Below are positions 26,951 to 39,125 of a DNA stretch of 64,000 nt, in pieces (positions within the stretch are counted from its first letter, which is position 1; each line of letters starts with the position of its first letter). Position numbers and translations under genes: made by a program. The notes under the pieces are model-generated. The model searched no databases and was not told where the DNA came from. It was given only the letters and a program-made list of their open reading frames with translations. The DNA lies in the NCBI GenBank assembly GCA_951406725.2, contig OX597824.1, positions 45,446,001 to 45,510,000 on the forward strand, read 5' to 3'. The stretch is from Octopus vulgaris (lineage: Eukaryota).

Positions 26951-28990
26951 TAGATGATCATATAAATACTACAAAACGCACCATCAGAACAAAATGGGAG
27001 AATTGAAACTAGTGTTGAAGCCTTTCTCTGATACAAAAGAAATGCCATTTTCTATAACCTTGTAAGTAAAATTGGGATGATGATGGAAATTGTATAGAAG
27101 CCTGTCGGTTGAATTTTTAACTGTTATTAAAAAAAAGGTACAGCCTTGTCATGTAATGTCACACAGATTTTGCTGGGAACTATGTTAATATCTGTGGAAT
27201 AGTCAGCCACTTATATATATAAATTCAGAAACAGGCTATTAATTGATAGAACTATTGAACCTTTTTTGTTGAACAACAGAGATCCATCACCACCAATTCG
27301 AGAGTCACTGTAAACAAAAACTTCAAACTTGCAACATGTTATGTTACTGGTTGTGAAATGTGTGACTAAAATTGGAGCAAATGCATCAAACAAATGCAAA
27401 TTCAAGTAATATTGTGAAATATCAGGTTTGGAATATGGCAATCTAATCCTCCATTGTGAGTTGTGCTAGCTTTCTCAAACTTGTTCTGAACAGATTTTGG
27501 AAACTGAAATATACTGTTCATAATTTTCTAGGAGAGAACAAAGAGTGCCCTGAAGGAAGAACCCTTTTATGTTTTAACAATTAGTTATTTAGCATTTTTA
27601 GTTGATGTAAATAGCCATCTCAAGAATCTAAATTGAAACTGCAGGGAAAAGAACAAACTGTTTCTTAGTATATGATTTCAAAGCATTCAAGATGAAATTA
27701 AAATTATCCATCACTCATGTAGATAATGAAGATTTGAACCAGTTCCACATATAGAACAAAGTGCTGAGGATAATACCATCTGGATTACATTGGAATTGTT
27801 TTATTTGCATTTATAAACCCATTTTCATTTAATATATTTTTTACTTGGTTTTTCTAACAAGAGAAGTTCAAATAGCAGTTTTTTCTATTTAGTATTACCA
27901 GTAATGAACCAATCAGTGATCTCAACAGTTTGGTAGTGAAGGTTTACTAACTAAACCACAACTAAAAGCAAACCTTCATGCTAAGAGGATTTTGTTTAAC
28001 CCTTTAGATAGCAACCCACCTGGGACACCTTTAGTTCTATGCATTGGACCATGTCAAATGTACAAAATATAGCAAATGCGTAATACATGCTGCAATGTAG
28101 CAATGTTAATCTACATACTGAAAGGTGGCATTTCACTTTGTCTGTATTCTAAGAGTCACATTTGACAAATCACATGCATAAACCTATGTACTGCAAGTTT
28201 TTCTGGGTTTTTCTTCACTTACCATTTTTAGATTAGCCAGTAGCAAATCAGTTTTATGTATTCCAGTGCAGCATAGCAAGCAAGCTTGCTAACTGGTTAA
28301 CTATGATAACTCTCAATACTAGAATTTTTGCAAAGGGAATACCCAAGAAATATCTTGTTTTTAGTGATCATACTCACTCAAATTAAACAGTTCTTTGAGA
28401 GTTGGTACAATTCACTTCAAGCAAATTTACATATTTCTGTAAATCACTTAAAACATCCTGGGTATAGTCTTTATACCACATTTAGTTAATTCATAAGAAT
28501 TTTATTTTTAGAAACTATACTTTGTTGTTACCTCCCATGCCAACATGGAAAATGTATGTTGAATGTTGTTGTTGATGATTTTTGTAACTCAATATATTTT
28601 AAGCAGTTGAACTCCAAGCCCCAGTTCTATAGTCTCCATGTATAGTATTCCTGCAGTAAGGCTACACTAGGTTCAAAGTTAAGATAGCTATTATTTATAT
28701 ATCAACAATACTAACAAGAAATAGCTCCTAGTTCTAATCTTAAGAATTTTTGACACCTTTAAGATAATTTTGCTCATATCTGTTATATCTATTTGTATTA
28801 ATAAGAAACCCTTTTGTTAAGACTTGTGTAAATATTAAACTTCTTGACTTCAAAATGACGTTAAAAAAAAAAGTCCTATAAAGTATATTCTGATATTCTA
28901 AGAATAAGTATAAATTATAATACATCAAAAATTACTAATTAGTTACAGTTATCTAACATACAAATGAAAAATAAATGACAAAATGAATTT

Positions 28991-29012
28991 TATATATATA
29001 TATATATATATA
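28991..29012. repeat. (TA)n microsatellite
   Basis: Directly visible. Confidence 0.95.
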
Positions 29013-30450
29013 GTGATGGTTTGTTGCCAACTTAATGTGGCAGTCCCAGGAAAGGGAACAAACCACTTTATCATGTTGCTACTGTATAACCCTCTGAGAG
29101 ATTTAGAAATGCAGTGTTTCTTATATATATATAGTAATTACCACATTTAACCTTTTTCCTTCAATATACAACATTTCTATTTATTTTCTTAAATATCCAA
29201 TTACATAATGAATGTAGTTCCCGGTCAGTTTTTAGAAAGAGTACAATGCATTATTATGTAAAGAGAAAAGACCTATTCAGTGGAGAAGACAAAAGTATTC
29301 TAAATAAAAAAGAAGTCGAATATTCTTTAACAATAGAAAAGTTTCCCAAAAGCAGAGAGAATGGAGAATCTATAGTATTGAAACAATTACCCCTCCTCAA
29401 AAAAAAAAAAAAAAAAAAAAAATCATAATATCGGTAAAAATCAATCAATACTGACTTCATATGAAATATTTCACATGGAAAAAAAAATGAAAATACTATT
29501 ATTATTACTGCTGTTTCTGTTGTTTCAAAAACAATCAGTCAAATATCCAGCTTTATGTCTCTAAATCTTCCTTTTTTTATCCATACTATAGACAAAATAT
29601 ATAAATTCCTGAAGTATGTAATTCAATCAAGTAAGAAAAATCTATAAAATAGATGTGATTTCTTTTTTCAGAGATGTCAGAATTTCTAAAGTGATGATTT
29701 GTCCCAGTAAAAATATGTAAGCAATACAACTGACTTAACCTTAGCAACTGAGAGTTCAAGTAAACTGATCTGCATTAAGGAATGGAAGAATTAACCAACT
29801 CACTGACTTGCTTAGGTTTATCACCAGTTTCTTCAATTTAAGTAATCTGTGCATATTATAATGGCATAATAAAAGCCTAGTTTGTCTCATACAATTATCA
29901 CAAATCCACATCATTGCTAATTTATTTAGAACAGCAGCAATAAGAAATTCCATTTGACTAGTGATCCTGAATCTGTACAACTGATACCGTCTTACTGCTT
30001 ACATCATCACTATCATCACCAAGCAATATTTCTTCTAAATTCAGCTTCATAAAGACATGAAATTTCTAAAACAAATACAAAATTGATGTCAACTTTAGTT
30101 TGTCTTCCAAGCATATCTACTTTGTGAGAACAGCTTTTTTTAAAAAAAAAACCCTTTTATCTTGTTCCTTTGTCAAAGTTCAGTTTAAAAGGGCATTTGG
30201 GTACCTTGAGGTTTTGTATAATTACATAACTTCCTTTGTGCCTTTTCGTTTTTCAAATATGTAGCTAAGAGGAAACAAGATATATTTTACTTTTAACAGA
30301 CACATTCATAAATAAATAAGAAAATTTAAGTTACATGGACAAATATGTTTTTATGTTTGATGTTCACCAGCAGTTGATGGTTGTCAAGTATTATAAAAAC
30401 AAATATGCTAAAAGTTCACTAGAACAACTGACTCTTCGCTATGATATATA

Positions 30451-30707
30451 TCTATAATAATACAAATCAATGTGTTAATGTTTGACTATTGATTTTCGTA
30501 AAATATTCATCTAATAGAATTACTGAAAATCCTCCAAGCTACAAAACTCATACATACTAATCTAATGTCAAGAGATACACGAACAGTGAATAAACTGTCC
30601 TATAGAAATAGCTTTCCAATATGGAATTATAATTTATTTGAAGGGTGCCTAGACAAATAATGGTCATGAATAATCCATGGAAACAGGGAAAACTTGGACA
30701 ATTCTAG
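30451..30707 (+). mobile_element. Possible short non-autonomous Helitron
   Basis: A|TCTATAATAATA start and ...acagggaaaacttggacaattCTAG|T end fit the Helitron A-TC...CTAG-T pattern. The subterminal hairpin is decayed. Confidence 0.4.
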
Positions 30708-30939
30708 TAAGTTAGTCACTGTCTGTCTGTCTGTATCTATCTATCTCTGCATGTATATATATTGAGGTGCCTGTGTAACAACATCTATAAAACTAAGTCA
30801 TGAGGAGCAGAGTCAAACTGCTATTAAATACATGTAATTCCAAATGTGTTCAGCGCTACTATCTTTTGTTTATTCACTAATTCGAGTGTGTGTGTGTGTC
30901 TTTTACCTTTATCTTTTACTTGTTACAGTCACTAGACTG

Positions 30940-31450
30940 ACAATGGATTCCAATTTTGGGAAGAGAAAGCAACTAATAGAAAAGGATGGAAGGTATTACT
31001 AGCTTTGAGGTAGCCAAAAGGAGGCATGCATAGTTAAGACCTACTTTGAGAGATGTGGGTATCATGGATGCACCTGATGAAATTAAGAGTTGGAAATGCA
31101 GTCTTTGTGATGGAAATTTCCCTCTAAAAGCTGCTTATGTAAGCCACATAAAATTATTATGCTAACAATACCTATGTAATACATGGCAAAATCAGTTAGA
31201 GTAACTGTTGTTTCAAAAGGCACATGAGATTAACATACCTCACATATGTATGCAAAAAAAAAAAAAAAAAAAAAAATGAAATAAAGTACATAAACTCCCA
31301 AAAAGTTTTGAATCTTATCTGTCACGTATATTCGAAACCTTGCGGCTCAACTGTAGATCTTAAGAGTCACCTCAGAGCACATAAATGTAATAGAGATCAC
31401 TGGAAAGATGTAGGTTGAGATGGTTATCATTAGCCAAGATGAAGCAATCA
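30940..31450 (+). mobile_element. RTE-like LINE 3' end relic
   Basis: FWEEKATNRKGWK (cf. WE..A.DR..WR), then WKCSLCDGNFPLKAAYVSHIK and ICHVYSKPCGSTVDLKSHLRAH (C2H2-like). Confidence 0.6.
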
Positions 31451-31634
31451 TCATGTATATAGCTACATTTATTAACCTATCTGTATCTACCTATCTTTAA
31501 GGGAAGCCTTATATTTCCTCTTCAACAAGACACTGTTCCTCTTTCATACTTTAACTTCTTAAACATCTGTTGTCAAGCCGCCTCCCTCTATACGATATTG
31601 CTACTCAGTTGAAGGGACCTCCCATGTGAATTAG

Positions 31635-31845
31635 TTGTTGAGCTCACTAATGCTAGTGCCATGAAAAAGAAAAAAGAATGTACCCAACACACACTCCTAC
31701 AATGGTTGACATTAGTAAGGGGTTCAATTGTAGACACCATACCAAAACAGACATTGGAGTCAAGTGCAATACTCTGGGATGTTGAATGCACACTGAACCA
31801 TTCAATCCATGCAAACATACAAAACAAATGCTAAATGATGCTAAC
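31635..31845 (+). mobile_element. SINE family C 3' part
   Basis: tggttgacattagtaagggg..tgtagacaccataccaaaacagac..ccattcaatccatgc..taaatgatg is the reverse complement of 31851-32030. Confidence 0.7.
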
Positions 31846-31850
31846 GATAT

Positions 31851-32480
31851 ATCATCGTCGTCGTCATTTAACGTCTGCTTTCCATGCTGGCATGGGTTGG
31901 ACGGTTTGATTGAGGACTAGTGAGCCAGAAGGCTGCACCAGGTTCAATCTGATCTGGCAAAGTTTCTACAGCTGGATGCCCTACCTACCGCCAACTACTC
32001 CGAGAGTGTAGTGGGTGCTTTTACATGCCAATGGCACGAGGGCCAGTCAGGCAGTTCTGGCAATGACCATGCTCAAAAGGTGCTTTTTACGTGCTACCTG
32101 CATGGGAGCCAGTCTGGCGGAACTGGCAACGACCACACTCGAATGTTGTTTTCATGTACCACCGGTACATGTGCTGGTAAGGCGATGCTGGCAACGATCA
32201 TGCTCGAATAGTGCTTTTTACGTGCCACCAGCACAGGAGCCAATCTGTGGCCCCCACAATGATCACACTCAGATGTGCTTTTAATGTTCCACTGGTACGA
32301 GTGCTAATCAGGCAGTAGTGTCATCGGCTAAGTCAGCGATTTCGATTTGATTTCACTTGCCTCAATAGGTCTTCACAAGCAAAGTTTATTGTTCAATGAA
32401 TGAAGGGTACTCATAAGTGGGCTGGTTACACCCAATGCTTGGATGTTCTTTTAACATTCCACCGGCACGAAGACAGGTGG
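31851..32480 (-). mobile_element. SINE family C copy carrying a tandem array
   Basis: (tca/tcg)n tail then tttaacgtctgctttccatgctggcatgggttggacgg..gtttctacagctggatgccc. Other copies at ~1, 36380, 46535 and 52865. Confidence 0.8.
32015..32330. repeat. ~65-bp minisatellite, 5 units
   Basis: Units start at 32015, 32080, 32145, 32211 and 32275 (gtgcttttta..gcca..ggca..ctggcaacga.ca..ctc). Confidence 0.9.
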
Positions 32481-32681
32481 TGTAGACACACACACACACA
32501 CATATATATATACAAGTCATACAAGCAGTTCTGATTCAGTGAACATATGTCTGAGCATGAGGAAATATTACCTTACTTGGAAGCAGGTTGAAGATAGTAA
32601 CAGCAAAGACATTTGACTGCAGTCAACGAATTCTGTTGAACCCATGAATGCATGGAAAAGTGGACATTAAAATAATGTTAA

Positions 32682-32901
32682 CTCTTTAGCATTTAAACCA
32701 GCCATATCCAGCCCAAATATTCTGTCTGTTTTGTGTTCAAACCAGTCAGATTTGGGCTATCACACCTAACCTAAAATGTTATTCTAAAAATAAGCAATCA
32801 CATCATTGAAATCTTAAAGCTATGAGATAATGCATGATTAATTCAAAACAAGGTGAATAAATAAGCATTACATTTGATGGAATAATCTGAATGCTAAAGG
32901 G
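32682..32901. mobile_element. 220-bp piggyBac-type MITE
   Basis: TTAA on both sides; TIR c(t/c)ctttagcatt ... aatgctaaaggg. Sits in the aatgatg tail of a SINE (32520-32680). Confidence 0.9.
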
Positions 32902-33912
32902 TTAATGATGTAGTAGTACCATAGCATGACTGGAATGTGTGCTGAATAAGAAAAAAGATAAAAAAAAAAGTTTAAATAAAATTAAGAAAACTCCAAATTA
33001 ACTTTCAAATGAAGACTTGAAAGGCACTCCCAAAAGCTGGAAGGTTTAGTCAAACAAGTGGGTGTTGACCAGTTTACATCTCTTTTTGTTGTTCTTGTAT
33101 CTATGATGGTGATACAAGAATAATAGTAATCACACTTAAAACAGCAGATATACCATTATTACTAAAACCAGTAGTTCACTTGCCTGGTAAAGAATTCTTC
33201 TGAAGACTCACCCTACTGCCAAACCTTGATAGATCATTTTATCTTAAACAGACTCACCAAGTAAAATATAATTCAGACTATTTTTGTTTAGTGATAAGCT
33301 GCTAGCTAAATGAGTTCCACTCCCAAACAAATAATGCATAGTGAATCATAAAGGTAGAGACAGTCAGGATTTGAAACTTCACCTCAGGGTATTAAATAAA
33401 CCAATAATACCCTCTAAAGCTGCTATTATAATACAGTCACTAAAAATATCGTTTCTTTTTGTTGTAGCCATTTCTCAATTGGTGTCAACTTTGCCTTTCA
33501 CTCCCTGATTTTAATAAAATAAATTACCATCAAATACTAGAGCTAATGTTATTGACTGAACACCTTGTCCTAAAATTATCACTTATTATTATTTTTCAGT
33601 AGCCTTTGTGTGTGCAGTGCATAGTAGTTACTATTTACTCTAGGCTGTGTCTAAGTCCCTGGGTTTAGATTATATATTTGCATATTTTTAAAGTCATTTT
33701 CAATGCACCCATTATTACAGGATTGTTTTTATCTTCAGCCTCCACATTCAGGTGATCTCTGTTTCTTTATATTTGAGTAATTATCCCACCTCTTTGGGAG
33801 ATACAATATCACTTAATGAGATTGATACTTTGATTAGGAGGTGCTTCCCTTCCTAGTTGTTCTTAATAATGAACAGTCAATTAGCCTTAATCTCCACCTG
33901 TATGGATAAGTA

Positions 33913-35202
33913 TTGGGTTGGCAACTGAGTTCCCGCTGTTTTATTTTAAACTTTGGAATTTATTACATTTTTAAATTTTGGAATCTATTTTTATTGAGAA
34001 GTCTATTTTTGAATAATTTTGGAATCTATTTTGGTTCTTTTTTTCGAGTTAATTTTAGTTAATTTTTGTTTATTTTCAGATAATTAAAATGGAATGTCAA
34101 CTTAAGAAAAACGAGCATTTTCGACATCTTTTTGCTTTTAATCAAGGTTCTAAGACCACAAAAGATGCTTGCAACATTTGTGCTGTGTAAGGAGACGGTG
34201 CCATAGCTGAAAGAACCACTCGTGATTGGTATGCGAAGTTCAAAAACGAAATTTTGACCTCAAAGGCATACCATGTTCTGGCTGTCCAGCTGAGTTCAAT
34301 GAAGAACGATTAAACCAACTTTTGCATGAGAATTCTCAAATGACAAGGGAACTGGCAGAGAAAATGGAATGCTCCCACACTGCTATAGAGAAGCATCTTC
34401 ACTCAATGGGAAAGGTTCAGAAGTATGGAGCATGGGTTTCGCATGCTTTAAGTGACAACAACAAAAATCAACGAGTCAGAATCTCTGCTGGTTTGTTTGC
34501 TTGTCACTGCTCAACTCATGGACACAAGCAACGATTTCTTTACCGAATCGTTACTGGTGACGAAAAATGGTGCCTGTACATCAATATGAAGCAGCGTAAG
34601 GAATGGCTTAGCCCCAGTAAACAAGCGACACTGCACGTGAAACAAGATTTTCATCCCCATAAAACAATGCTGTGCATATGGTAGGACTGGGAAGGGATTA
34701 TCCATTACGAATTGCTTGAACAGAACCAAACAGTCAATGCAGAACTCTATGTTCCACAGATAGAACGACTCAACATGGCTATTCAAGAGAAAAGACCTAA
34801 TCGGCAGCATGGAGTTCTTCTGCTGCATAACAATGCCCACCCTAATATATCGTCAATATGACCAAGGAAGCCATTCAAGTGCATGGCTGGGAAGTGCTGC
34901 CACACCCACCGTGCTCTCCTGATTTGGCACCAACAGATTTCCATTTCTTTCGATATCTTTCAAATGCTATGCGTGGAGTTTCGTTCAATACTGATGCAGA
35001 ATTGAGAGCTTGGTTGGATCAATTTTTCAAGTCGAAATCGGGTGGTTTCTACCAAGGTATGGAAAATCTTGCTGAACGTTGGGAAGAAGTTGTAAACAAC
35101 AACGGTGAATACATTATTGATTAATTAGTTGTTAATTTTTATTAAACCTTTTAAAAAATTTAAATTAAAAAAAAAATGGCGGGAACTTAGTTGCCAACCC
35201 AA
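33913..35202 (+). mobile_element. Full-length (1290 bp) mariner, mellifera-subfamily-like
   Basis: TA flanks; TIR TTGGGTTGGCAACT(G/A)AGTTCCCGC at both ends. Confidence 0.97.
34089..35124 (+). pseudogene. Mariner transposase pseudogene
   Basis: MECQLKKNEHFRH..., WVSHAL (cf. WVPHEL), IVTGDEKW, LLHNNAHP, HPPCSPDLAPTDFH, ...NGEYIID*. Two in-frame stops and several frameshifts. Confidence 0.95.
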
Positions 35203-38047
35203 TATATCCAAGAGTATGGTTGCTTTGCTATTCCCTGAAACCTTTTCTGGCATATATCAGCTATTTTCTATAGATACTTCATAATGCTGGAATAACTGCC
35301 AGTAAGGAACACCCTAAATCTGTCATGCCTGTAAATGTACTCTTTCTTGGTTAAAGCTCCATCACATGCTTCTAGTGGTTTTTGGTGGAAAGGCTTTGAT
35401 TTTGTGTCTCAATTAGAAACTGTTCAAGCTTCAGCTTAGTCCAGCTATTCTCAGCTGGTGTTGCAAACTATCTTTGTCAATTTCTATATACTGCCCATCT
35501 CTTTTTACTTTTTAGGATACTGGCCATGTAGGAGTTTTCTTGCTACCACTTTAACACACATAGTATCCTATAGTCTTATTTGTAGTCATTTCAGCTTCTG
35601 TTTTTTGTATTCATTGGCATTATTGAAGACAGGTGAAAAAAAAATTGTTTCATTTGTTTGTTTTGTAGTTGTTTCCATTAATATTTATTAGATATTTTTG
35701 CAGTCCTATGGTGGATATTTTGTAATATTTCTCTAGTTAACTAAGTCTCCTATCCACTTATATTCACAGCAAATACTATTTTGTTTAATTTTGGGTGGTG
35801 TATTCTAAACTTTTATTGTTTTTCTGTCTTGTCTTGATAGTTTATTTAGCATCCAACTGAGAATGTTCTAATTATAACATTCCCAAAATAGCTAGTGTAT
35901 TGGTGCTAACTACCATTTCTCTTTAATGTTTTAGTTCTGTTTTAAGTATTAATTAAATGTGTCTCTGATATTCCATGTTCACCTTTTCTTTCTTTCATCT
36001 ACATTGTACACTTTCAAGTGCATTAATTCATATTCTTAATTTTTTCTCTCCTCAAGGTTGTCTTGACACAGTTTTCTGATTCAAATTTCATCAATTCTTC
36101 TTGTATATCCATATACTATCTGCAGCAATATTTCTAGTAGTTTATCATTGTAACGAACTACTTGGAGTTATCCATATGCAAAAGGTGGTTCTGCCATAGC
36201 ATTTGTATCCGAGTTCAGTCCCGTCTTAACATGTTGGTCAAAAAGACGCTCATGCCAACCAGAAAAGGAATGGAGGGAGGGTCTCCTTCTGGAGTATTCT
36301 GTTTCTAATGGAGTTGGAATTATAAATGTAACCTTCTCTAGTTCTATATCTACAAAATTGTTTACCATTTACTCATGATGTGTTTAATCACCATCAACAC
36401 TGTATTAACATCTACTTTTCCATGTATGCATAGGTCAGACAAGACTATATTGGGGCAGAATTTTCTATGGTTAGATACCCTTCCTGACAATAATCTTCAT
36501 CTGTTTCTAAGCAAGGTAATCATCACTCAGTCCACCAAACAATGAACAATCAAGATATGGTTACACAGAGAACTAAACACAAACAGCACTATCTGAACAA
36601 ACCTTTTGTTTTTACAGATAACGAAACATACCAAGATGTGTCAAGAAGGCTTTTTAGCATTCCACCTCCTCTTCTGGAAGTATCCCCCACCCACTGATTG
36701 CAGAAAGGCAAGTTATGAGCCTACAAGTTTTAAGGTTTCCTGTTTATTAGACTGGTATAAACATAATAATCCAATGTTTCTTTCTTCTTTGTTTTTTTTT
36801 AAAACAAGAATATGATTGAAGGCAATTTGATTACTATTTGTAGTAAGTTGGGTAACAATATAGGAGGCCCATTACCAGCTCATAAGGTGGGTTACCATCA
36901 ATAGAAACAATAATATGACCAAAAGGAAATGGAGTTTGTTATTCAAAGGTGAGAGAGAGAAGCATTTGTTGCCACAGAGTTGGGTGAGTAGGTGGGGGAA
37001 CAGGACAGGTGACATTTGTCATTGATTTGTCATTTGTTTCCTGTCAATAGGAGTGTTGTTATAGATAGGGGTGTTTCGGTGGAGGTATTGTTATTGATAG
37101 TAGTGTTGTGATGGTGTTACTATTATTTTTATGAATAAGGTGTTGCATAATTATTGGTGGTTATCACCAATGCCTATATTCTGTGACACCATCAATGATA
37201 ATAGATGACATAGATAATAATGAAGTTAGCACTGTCATCCTTGATGGTAAGAAAGTAGTATATTATTTAGATGCTTTACAGCAATTAATAGTGGAAATAG
37301 CCTGAATTAAACTGAAGCAATAATGTTTTGAATCTAATGCTTTAATAGTTCTGATGTATTGTTAAGGTGTCTAAATGTCTACAGATGGCTGCACAAATAT
37401 TTGCTGTCTTTTGATGTCCTTTTAGTTTCAATTTTATTGTTTTGGCAAGTGTGTAAATGTGACAATTTGAGTGTGTTATTTTAGATATTGGTGGTGGTGC
37501 AGGGTGGTACTGGAGGCCCAGGCAACTATAGCAAAGTGTAAAATAAATCATACATTGTTTTGTTGTTTCATTGTTACTGATGTTGCAGACTAGTTCCGGT
37601 TAGCTCTACCTGAATAGACGTAAACATCAAAGAGTAAGCAACCTGACATTTCTGAACAATAGATCTGTGGGTTGCACCTATTTATCTGGCTGGCTGGCTA
37701 CCTATGTGCTTTAAGTCTGCTCAATCAAAGTTGATCTGGTGTTACACAACAATTATAGATCCACTACCTCAGATATACAGTTAGATGCACAGAGAACTGA
37801 AAGTCAGAATCTATTTTTCCTTCTTAAAGACTGCTGTGCATGTCACTGGAAATTTAGCTGCTACATTGAAGAAAGAAAAAAAATTCATGTAAGCTATTTT
37901 TATTTGTTGCTGTTGTTTAGCTCCAGGCTGATACTAATTCAACAAACCTATAATTCAAAATAAAATCCAACTATGACCAACTAGTCTTTTTTTCAGACAG
38001 TGCATCAAGGACAATACTTTCTGATGTATTTTCCCACTTTTAAATAA

Positions 38048-39125
38048 CTAGTCTTGAAGCTGCCCTTTGGGTGGCATTCAGCCTAGCACCTGCGGAGGGC
38101 ACCTTTGAGGCCTTCGGCCCCACTATTGGACCATTTCACGGCCCTCTACCCTTGTGTAATATAATGGGCTCAAACACATTCATTGTATATGTATCTCCTG
38201 GTATTAATTATCCGATACCCCATTCTAAACTCCCTACCCAACATATATCCACACTCAAACCCATACACTCAATACCTATACTTCACTTGCACTCATACCT
38301 AAACCCCATGTCCCATTAACTTCTTGTTCATTCAATATGTAACATGAATTCCATCTCTGTAACTGTCTGTGTATGAACCCTTGGTCTGCTTTCTGCCAGC
38401 TTTGCTGATAGACATACCGCTAGTTTCTAGTTTGACTTACAGCTAAGTTTCTAGCCTTGAAGCCACCCATTAGGTGGCATTCAGGCTAGCTGGGAATTTT
38501 GTTGGGTATTCAGGTAAAAAAAAAATTTAAAAAACCCAAAAAACTATAGAACTCTGGGGCTGATGGTCCAAGCATCAATATGTAACCAGAACAGGAAGAT
38601 TAGTTTTCCACCTAGATAAGTTTCATAAACAACAAAATATAAATATCCACACTACCACACTTGAAATGTACCTGTAATAACTCTTTTATCTCTATTTGAA
38701 TGTACATGAAGGTATTTAGAATGCCCAAATTTAGTGCTTAGCACTGATGCTGATCATAGTTTAATCAGTAAGAGTAGGAGCAAGGTAAATACAGTAAATA
38801 TAGATGGGTGGGGGTCAGTGGGGCCATATTTAAACAGCCCTTCAGAAATTGAACCTCTTTACGATACTCCCTGGGAGCTCATGGTATGAAACTCATTCTT
38901 ATAACTCTGATGTGGTTGCCAATGCCTTGTATTTAGTTTCAAATGCAGTAAAAATTGAAGGTGTGGGGGGAGTCAGTGAGTCCCCAATTAGGCAGCCCTT
39001 AAGACGTTCCTTGAGATTAGTGGAGTTGCTGGTTTGAGTTTTGTTGACCTTGCATAAACAGTCTAGGAGGAGTTAACGAACATAAAAACGTAATGGACAG
39101 AGAAACATCACTCAAATTTACATTA
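38048..39125 (-). mobile_element. Possible Helitron-like element(s) with duplicated palindromic end
   Basis: Hairpin followed by CTAG on the minus strand at 38048-38086 and again at 38451-38489. aggaggagttaacgaaca..gacagagaaac near 39065-39105 resembles the end of the 3308-3823 element. Confidence 0.4.

Larger units (their letters stand above)
33690..36370 (-). mobile_element. R4/Dong-like RLE LINE relic, interrupted by mariner
   Basis: Joining the flanks across the mariner gives TILLDILIHT..EIKAN..I (cf. ILWD..I.TD..I.ANRPDI), then LLIKVSI..D..S.KE..KYK..MWRLK, typical of a restriction-like endonuclease domain. The upstream boundary is uncertain. Confidence 0.6.

Noticed and set aside
32015-32330. 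Regular repeat array resembling a CRISPR, with ORFs 32011-32284
   Set aside because: Units are homologous along their whole length with no unique spacers, there are no cas genes, and the context is a eukaryotic SINE. The ORFs are repeat artefacts.
37342-37523. Pro-containing minus-strand ORF after a possible acceptor, phase-compatible with the host exon
   Set aside because: No good donor and no recognisable peptide; runs to a stop.
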